Below, piece after piece: positions 47,528 to 52,762 of a stretch of 52,762 nucleotides of DNA. The notes beneath the pieces are model-generated. The model ran no database searches and had not been told where the DNA came from. It was given only the letters and a program-made list of their open reading frames with translations. Numbering within the stretch: position 1 is the stretch's first letter; each line of letters opens with the position of its first letter. The position numbers and the translations under genes were made by a program. Origin of the DNA: an uncultured Erysipelotrichaceae bacterium (lineage in GTDB: Bacteria > Bacillota_I > Bacilli_A > RF39 > UBA660); the NCBI GenBank assembly GCA_902801825.1, contig CADCJS010000003.1, forward strand, positions 1 through 52,762, written 5' to 3'.

Positions 47528-48397
47528 ATGAATTTTAGAAATACAGATCAATTAAAAAGTTTTATGAAAAAAGAATCAAAAAGATTAAACTTAAGTATAC
47601 AAAATACTTATAATACATATTTTGCTAGAGAATTATTAAGAATAATGAATGAAAAAGATAAAAATAATGTATTTATAACAAAAGGTAGTTTTTCTCAACT
47701 TGTAAATCTAGGTGAAATGGTAAGACCAATAACAGATGTAGATTTAACATCTGTTATTTCTCACCATGATCCATTAATTATTTTAATACAAGCATTATGT
47801 TCTACAAAAAATGATAATATTGAATTAACATTAAGATCAAAACCAAAAATTACTTCTACAGGAATTTATAAAATACCTTTAGTTGCTAAGGATAAAAGAT
47901 GTAACTTTATTCAAAATATAAATATGGATTATAGAGAAAATCATCCATGCATATTAAAGAAACAAATTAAAGAAGTTCCTAAAATATTTGAAAATGACAA
48001 ATCATATAAAGTAGTTGTGCCTTCTTTGGAAGAAACACTTGCTGAAAAATTATGTATTTTAGTAGAAAATAATAAAACTGATGTATTAAATACAAGAGTA
48101 AAAGATTTCTATGATATTTATAAAATGTATGGTGGAGAATATGATAAAGATTTATTTTCTGAATATTTTAAGATAATGATTAAAGTTAGAGGAAAAATTA
48201 ATTATAGCGATATATCAACAAAACATTTAAATAAAGATTTTGTTGACAAACACCAAGGTGTTTGGGATGCTTCTAAAAAGAAATATGAATTTTTAGATAA
48301 AAGCGTTGATTTTAAAGATGCAGTAGATTTTTCAAAAGAGATTCTTGATAAACAAATAACAAGTATGAAAAAAGAAAAAAAATTAATTTTAAAATAA
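47528..48397 (+). CDS. AbiEii/AbiGii-type nucleotidyltransferase (DUF1814) family protein; no adjacent AbiEi partner
   Basis: Family pattern: N-terminal helper helix (LKSFMKKESKRLNLSIQNTYNTYFARELLRIM), ITKGSFS, RPITDVDL, and C-terminal NTRVKDFYDIYKM. Confidence 0.65.
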   Translation: MNFRNTDQLKSFMKKESKRLNLSIQNTYNTYFARELLRIMNEKDKNNVFITKGSFSQLVNLGEMVRPITDVDLTSVISHHDPLIILIQALCSTKNDNIELTLRSKPKITSTGIYKIPLVAKDKRCNFIQNINMDYRENHPCILKKQIKEVPKIFENDKSYKVVVPSLEETLAEKLCILVENNKTDVLNTRVKDFYDIYKMYGGEYDKDLFSEYFKIMIKVRGKINYSDISTKHLNKDFVDKHQGVWDASKKKYEFLDKSVDFKDAVDFSKEILDKQITSMKKEKKLILK

Positions 48398-48425
48398 AAA
48401 GGTTTAGTAATAAGCCTTTTTTTTG
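48397..48425 (+). terminator. Intrinsic terminator after the AbiEii-like gene
   Basis: Stem AAAGGTTT/AAGCCTTT (one G-U pair) plus T-run, running into TGTTATAAT at 48424-48432. Confidence 0.6.
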
Positions 48426-48458
48426 TTATAATAGAATAAGACTTATAAGGAGGAAATA

Positions 48459-50543
48459 ATGATAGTAATAATCGCAGAAAAACCATCTTTAGCGCGAAAT
48501 ATTATTAATGCCTTAGGAAAATTTAATAAAAAAGATGGTTATTATATAAATAATGAATATATAGTTACTTATGCATTTGGTCATTTATTTACTCTTTATG
48601 ATATTGAAGACTATACAAATGAAATTGTAAAATGGAAAATAGATAACTTACCTTATTACCCAGAAAAATTTAAATTCAACTTAAAAAAAGATAATAAAAC
48701 AAAAGAAATAGATCTAGGTGTTAAAAAACAATTCGATATAATTAAAAATCTAATTAATAGAGAAGATGTAACTAAAATAGTTAATGCAGGAGATGCTGAT
48801 AGAGAGGGAGAAATAATAATTAGATTAATTATTAATGAAGCCTTAGACAAAAATTCTAATAAAGAAATATATAGATTATGGTTAAAAGATCAAACTGATG
48901 AAACAATTAATAAAGCAATTAAAGAAATGAAAAAAGATGATGAATATAATAATCTTGCTAATGAAGGATTATCTAGAACATATATAGATTGGTTATATGG
49001 TGTAAATTTAACTAGGTATGCAACACTTAAAACAGGTGTATTATTAAGAGTAGGTAGAGTAATTGTACCAATAGTAAAAGCTATATATGATAGAGATAAA
49101 TCAATAGAAAACTTTACTCCAGAAATATATTATGGTATTTGTTCTACTGCTAAAACAAATGATGAAGTAATTGAATTAAATTCAAAAGAAAAATTTAGTA
49201 AAGATGAATTAGGTAAAGCAAAAAAATTATGTGATGAATATAACTTACTTAAAGCAGAAGTAAAATCAAAAAAAATAAAGAATGATATTTTAAAACCACC
49301 AAAATTATTTTCTTTATCTAAACTTCAAAATGTATTAGGTAAAAAATATAAAATGCCTATGAAAGAATCTCTTCAAATAATTCAAAAATTATATGAAGAA
49401 GGATATTTAACATATCCAAGAACTAATTCAGAATATCTGGCAACTAATGAAAAAGATAAAATAAAGAAAATAATTGATATATTTAAACAAAAAGGTAATG
49501 ATATAGTATTTAAAGATAAAAAAACTATATTTGATGATAGTAAAATAGAATCACATTCAGCTTTAACACCTACTTATAAAATACCAGCCAAAGATAAATT
49601 AAATGAAAAAGAATTATTAATATATAAAACTGTATTAAAAAGATTTATGGCAGTATTTTGTAATGAAGAATGTAAAATAGAAAAAACAGAAATAACTATT
49701 AAACTAGGTGATAAAGAAGAATTTGTTTTAAAAGGTAATGTTATTGTAACTAAAGGTTTTACTAAATATGAAAATGATAGAAATGATAAAGTATTACCTA
49801 AATTAGAAAAAGGAGATATTATTAATATTGATTTTAAACCTAAAGAGAAAAAAACTACCGCGCCTAAACATTATACAATAGAAACATTAAATAACTATTT
49901 AAAGAACCCATTTAGAGAAGATAAAAAGAATAAAGAAGATGATGATGACTATGAAGAATATAAAGCTATATTTGAAGGGTTAGAATTAGGTACAGAAGCT
50001 ACTAGAACAGGTATAATAGAAAATGCTATAAATAGTAAATATATATCTTTAAAAAAAGATGTTTATTATCTAGAACCATTAGGTGAATATCTAATAGAAT
50101 CATTAACAAATATGAATATTGTAATGGATAAATATAAAACTAGTGAATTAGGTAAAGGTTTAAAAAAAGTATATAGAAATGAATTTACAATAGATGATGT
50201 AGTTAATGAAGCTAAAAATGAAATTAATGATGTATTTAATTATGAAAAAACAAATATAGATAAAAATATAGGATTCTATATGGATAAAGTAGGTATATGT
50301 CCTAAATGTGGTAAAGATGTTGTAAGAAATAGATATGGATATGGTTGTTTAGGTTATAAAAATGGTTGTGATTTTAAAATTAATTTAACTATCTGTAAAA
50401 GAATAATATCTAAAGATAATGCAATAAAATTATTAAAAGATAAAAAAACAGATGTAATAGAAAACTTTATTTCTAAAAATGATAAACCATTTTCTGCAAG
50501 ATTAAAATTAGAAGATAATAATATAGTATTTGATTTCAATTAA
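48459..50543 (+). CDS. topB: DNA topoisomerase III with C-terminal zinc fingers
   Basis: IIAEKPSLARNI, FGHLF, DADREGE and YPRTNSEYL with the catalytic Tyr. C-terminal CPKCG...C motifs. Confidence 0.88.
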   Translation: MIVIIAEKPSLARNIINALGKFNKKDGYYINNEYIVTYAFGHLFTLYDIEDYTNEIVKWKIDNLPYYPEKFKFNLKKDNKTKEIDLGVKKQFDIIKNLINREDVTKIVNAGDADREGEIIIRLIINEALDKNSNKEIYRLWLKDQTDETINKAIKEMKKDDEYNNLANEGLSRTYIDWLYGVNLTRYATLKTGVLLRVGRVIVPIVKAIYDRDKSIENFTPEIYYGICSTAKTNDEVIELNSKEKFSKDELGKAKKLCDEYNLLKAEVKSKKIKNDILKPPKLFSLSKLQNVLGKKYKMPMKESLQIIQKLYEEGYLTYPRTNSEYLATNEKDKIKKIIDIFKQKGNDIVFKDKKTIFDDSKIESHSALTPTYKIPAKDKLNEKELLIYKTVLKRFMAVFCNEECKIEKTEITIKLGDKEEFVLKGNVIVTKGFTKYENDRNDKVLPKLEKGDIINIDFKPKEKKTTAPKHYTIETLNNYLKNPFREDKKNKEDDDDYEEYKAIFEGLELGTEATRTGIIENAINSKYISLKKDVYYLEPLGEYLIESLTNMNIVMDKYKTSELGKGLKKVYRNEFTIDDVVNEAKNEINDVFNYEKTNIDKNIGFYMDKVGICPKCGKDVVRNRYGYGCLGYKNGCDFKINLTICKRIISKDNAIKLLKDKKTDVIENFISKNDKPFSARLKLEDNNIVFDFN

Positions 50544-50573
50544 AAACAAGAAGAATCTAGTTCTTCTTGTTTT
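50544..50573. terminator. Bidirectional terminator between convergent topB and the ATP-grasp gene
   Basis: 11-12 bp stem AACAAGAAGAA/TTCTTCTTGTT, flanked by an A-run and a T-run. Confidence 0.75.
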
Positions 50574-50577
50574 ATTA

Positions 50578-51573
50578 TTAAAACTTAATATATTTTTTAT
50601 ATGTTGGTATAAGTCCTTCAGCATCTTTTTTAAATGATGGTTTAATTTGAAATACACCAGGGAATTCATTTCCTTCTACTAAACAAGCATCATTTTCAGT
50701 TATAGCAACATCCCAACCAATATATTTAATTTCACTTATTTCTTTAGCAGCTTCCTTTACCATTTGTTTAGCCTTATCATAATTAGGTACTACAAATCCA
50801 ACAATCTTTTCTTTTGAAGTAGGGTGAATATCTATTTTATTATCTTCTTTATCTATTGCAGGTACAATAACTTTACCATTATTATCAAGAAATGTATACA
50901 TCCCTCCAGAAGAAAAATTATCAACAAAACCACTATTACCAATTCTGAAAATAGAATTAATTATATGTACATTTTTACCATCATTAAAAGTAAATAATCT
51001 AATTGTATTAACTGAATTAGCATATAACTTATTTATTTTTGAATTTTGTTTTATTACTTCTTCAACCAAATATTGTTTATTTTCAATAAGTTTATTATAT
51101 AAAATTTTACTATTATAATCTTTAACTTTTATTTTACTAATACCTAATCCACCACAGTTATCAACTTCTTTAGCAATAACATATTCTTTATCATTAATAA
51201 ATTTTTCAAAATCTTTAGCACTGGCTTTTGTTAAATCAATATAATCTCTTTTTAAGTATTTTTTAAACTTTTCATTAAATTCTAATTTATTACTTAAATA
51301 ATGCCAATATTCCTTATTATTATATTTATTAACAATATAATTATTTTTTCCTCTAGTTAAGTATGTTTCTCTTTGTTTATTATTTAAATTATAAAATTCA
51401 AACTCTTGATAATCCATATAACCAGCCTGATACTTAATTCCACAATAAATAATATCAATTAATGTTATTATATATAATCTTTTACTTTTATTTGATACTT
51501 TTTTAGTAATCTTATAAAAAGATTTATAATCCATTCTTAATAAAGCTTTAAATAAAAATTTGATTTTTTTCAT
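50578..51573 (-). CDS. Sugar-transfer-associated ATP-grasp (ATPgrasp_ST) family protein
   Basis: Pattern recalled for this family: SVNTIRLFT, FRIGNSGFVDNFSSGGMY, IHPTS, IGWDVAIT, LVEGNEFPG. Confidence 0.6.
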   Translation of the reverse strand: MKKIKFLFKALLRMDYKSFYKITKKVSNKSKRLYIITLIDIIYCGIKYQAGYMDYQEFEFYNLNNKQRETYLTRGKNNYIVNKYNNKEYWHYLSNKLEFNEKFKKYLKRDYIDLTKASAKDFEKFINDKEYVIAKEVDNCGGLGISKIKVKDYNSKILYNKLIENKQYLVEEVIKQNSKINKLYANSVNTIRLFTFNDGKNVHIINSIFRIGNSGFVDNFSSGGMYTFLDNNGKVIVPAIDKEDNKIDIHPTSKEKIVGFVVPNYDKAKQMVKEAAKEISEIKYIGWDVAITENDACLVEGNEFPGVFQIKPSFKKDAEGLIPTYKKYIKF

Positions 51574-51680
51574 AATTCTTTAAACTCCTTTATTATATTT
51601 TATCATATATATAAGAAAATCTTTTAAAAAATAAAAATATTTTTTAAATAAATTCATCCTTTTTCATAACCTGGGTGGTC

Positions 51681-51703
51681 AAAAAAAAACAGGATACCCT
51701 GTT
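51681..51703 (-). terminator. Intrinsic terminator downstream of the tRNA pair
   Basis: Minus strand: AACAGGGTATCCTGTT followed by an 8-T run. Confidence 0.6.
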
Positions 51704-51713
51704 AATTACTAAG

Positions 51714-51797
51714 TGGTGCAGGTGAAGGGACTTGAACCCCCACTCCAATGGAACTAGATCCTAAGTCTAGCGCGTCTGCCAATTTCGCCACACCTGC
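51714..51797 (-). tRNA. tRNA-Leu (TAG), long variable arm, CCA encoded
   Basis: Reverse complement GCAGGTG...anticodon loop CTTAGGA...GGTTCAAGTCCC...CACCTGCACCA. Confidence 0.88.
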
Positions 51798-51814
51798 ACT
51801 ATAAATAAAAAAAG

Positions 51815-51891
51815 TGGTGGACCCTGTAGGACTCGAACCTACGACCGCCCGGTTATGAGCCGGATGCTCTAACCAACTGAGCTAAGGGTCC
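51815..51891 (-). tRNA. tRNA with CAT anticodon; elongator type, probably tRNA-Ile2 (lysidine) rather than Met
   Basis: Reverse complement GGACCCTTAGCTCAGTTGGTTAGAGC...CTCATAA...GGTTCGAGTCC...GGGTCCACCA. The paired 1-72 position excludes an initiator. The 5' half resembles ileX-type tRNAs as I recall them. Confidence 0.8.
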
Positions 51892-52017
51892 ACGTTTGTA
51901 ATCTTATCATAAAAACAAATAAATTTCAATATATTTTTGATTTTTTAAAAGAAATTTTTATTCTTTATTATATTAAAATAGATAAATGTTATTTAATAGT
52001 ATAAAATTATTTATATT

Positions 52018-52026
52018 TGTTATAAT
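52018..52026 (+). promoter_or_regulatory. Extended -10 promoter TGTTATAAT for the Cys-rich peptide gene
   Basis: TGnTATAAT 26 nt upstream of ATG 52053. Confidence 0.5.
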
Positions 52027-52052
52027 AATAATGTAACAAATAAGGAGGAAAT

Positions 52053-52271
52053 ATGAAAAAAGATAATAAAGAAAACTATAACTATAATCAAAATTGTGAT
52101 TGTAATGAAAACTGTAATTGTGATTGTCATGAAAACTGCAATTGTGATTGTAATGAAAACTGCAATTGTGATTGTAATGAAAACTGCAATTGTGATTGTA
52201 ATGAAAACTGTAATTGTGATTGTCATGAAAACTGTGATTGTGACTCAAAAGATATTGAAGAAGATGAATAA
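52053..52271 (+). CDS. 72-aa Cys-rich tandem-repeat peptide (six NCDC[NH]ENC units; 19 Cys, 2 His; acidic tail), metallothionein-like
   Basis: Strong SD AAGGAGG 6 nt before the ATG. Own -10 element and terminator. Repeat variants are synonymous (TGT/TGC) or conservative (AAT/CAT). Confidence 0.7.
   Translation: MKKDNKENYNYNQNCDCNENCNCDCHENCNCDCNENCNCDCNENCNCDCNENCNCDCHENCDCDSKDIEEDE
52092..52235 (+). repeat. Six head-to-tail 24-bp repeats (AATTGTGATTGT[A/C]ATGAAAACTG[T/C]), in frame
   Basis: Counted directly. Copies start at 52092, 52116, 52140, 52164, 52188 and 52212. A partial seventh copy runs to about 52244. Confidence 0.95.
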
Positions 52272-52287
52272 TTGTTCATCTTTTTTT
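52261..52287 (+). terminator. Intrinsic terminator overlapping the peptide stop codon
   Basis: 8-bp stem AAGATGAA/TTCATCTT plus T-run. Confidence 0.7.
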
Positions 52288-52344
52288 ATTGATTAAAAGT
52301 TATTATTTATATTTTAATACATATAATTTATAGAGGTGAATAAT

Positions 52345-52404
52345 ATGAATCAAACTTATATAGTTAAAAAAGGAGATACGATTTTTATGGGGAATAATGA
52401 GTAG
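52345..52404 (+). pseudogene. Possible 5' remnant of a LysM-domain gene (MNQTYIVKKGDTIFMGNNE*)
   Basis: SD AGAGGTGA and a YIVKKGDT start typical of LysM domains, then a premature TAG followed by non-coding AT-rich sequence. Confidence 0.3.
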
Positions 52405-52592
52405 TAATTATAGAAAATGTCAATTCAATTAGACAATATTAAATGATAAAATAATATTATTATTAAATATGAATAATTGAAAATTGATATTAAAAAATTT
52501 CAAAAGAGTTCAAGAGAAAAATATTCTTTTTTGAATCCTTTTAATTAAACTAAGCCTTTAAAAAATTATTTGAATTTATAAAAAGAAAAAAC

Positions 52593-52630
52593 AAAAAATA
52601 GGGTGAAATTTTGATGTGAACCCTATTTTT
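52593..52630. terminator. Probable bidirectional terminator
   Basis: 7-bp stem ATAGGGT/ACCCTAT with a 15-nt loop, an A-run upstream and a T-run downstream. Confidence 0.45.
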
Positions 52631-52660
52631 ATATATGTTTAGAAAAGTAATTATAATTAT

Positions 52661-52762
52661 TTAAACTTTGTCAGGAATTAATTTATCAAAATATAATAAT
52701 AATTCTTCTTTTGTATATTTATCTTTATTTTTAACCCAATCGATGCCTATGTTTACAATACC
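52661..52762 (-). CDS. 3' end of an unidentified gene that runs off the window (...GIVNIGIDWVKNKDKYTKEELLLYFDKLIPDKV*)
   Basis: Open frame from the window edge to TAA (complement of 52661-52663), followed by the terminator at 52593-52630. Confidence 0.45.
   Translation of the reverse strand, partial: GIVNIGIDWVKNKDKYTKEELLLYFDKLIPDKV

Noticed and set aside
52092-52235. CRISPR array
   Set aside because: The repeats are directly abutting with no spacers. The unit length is 24 bp, in frame within an ORF, and there are no cas genes.
51973-52296. Three further tracked ORFs across the 24-bp repeats: minus-strand His/Asn-rich and Ile/Thr/Val-rich ORFs, and a + strand MIVMKTVIV repeat ORF
   Set aside because: They are frame and strand shadows of the same tandem repeat. 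Only the frame starting at 52053 has a strong SD, a promoter at the right distance and a terminator at its stop.
1-52762. Mollicute-type genetic code (TGA = Trp), suggested by the extreme AT content
   Set aside because: Long uninterrupted ORFs are obtained with the standard code. TGA terminates the GT39-like gene (11202-11204) just before an intergenic promoter.

Overview
Very AT-rich (about a quarter G+C by eye, not computed) chromosomal segment that looks like a low-GC Bacillota genome. It uses the standard code: TGA acts as a stop, for example at 11202-11204. Most genes are on the + strand and are housekeeping: rbgA-rnhB-topA, serS, comEB-like deaminase, miaB-ricA, corA, helD, aspS-gatCAB, pheST, polA, a Xer recombinase, ppdK, parEC and topB. 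There are three T-box leaders (Ser, probable Asn, Phe) and five tRNA genes. Many intrinsic terminators have a T-tract that runs straight into an extended -10 promoter (TGnTATAAT). I found no CRISPR array, IS element, prophage or rRNA. I cannot name one clear novel system, so the accessory pockets below are leads only. (1) A perfect 44-bp direct repeat copies the rbgA SD and its first 29 coding nt, and brackets a 2.1-kb XRE/DUF4097 cargo; a third partial copy lies at the window edge. This looks like an att-type scar. (2) A strongly expressed-looking 72-aa peptide is built from six in-frame 24-bp repeats (NCDCNENC units, 19 Cys). (3) Two translationally coupled paralogous Cys-cluster proteins of unknown family. 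(4) An orphan AbiEii-type nucleotidyltransferase lies between parC and topB. (5) The aspS-gatCAB T-box probably has an AAC (Asn) specifier. (6) An orphan promoter-to-terminator unit is bounded by two near-identical hairpins. All functional names come from motif recognition by eye, with no database search.
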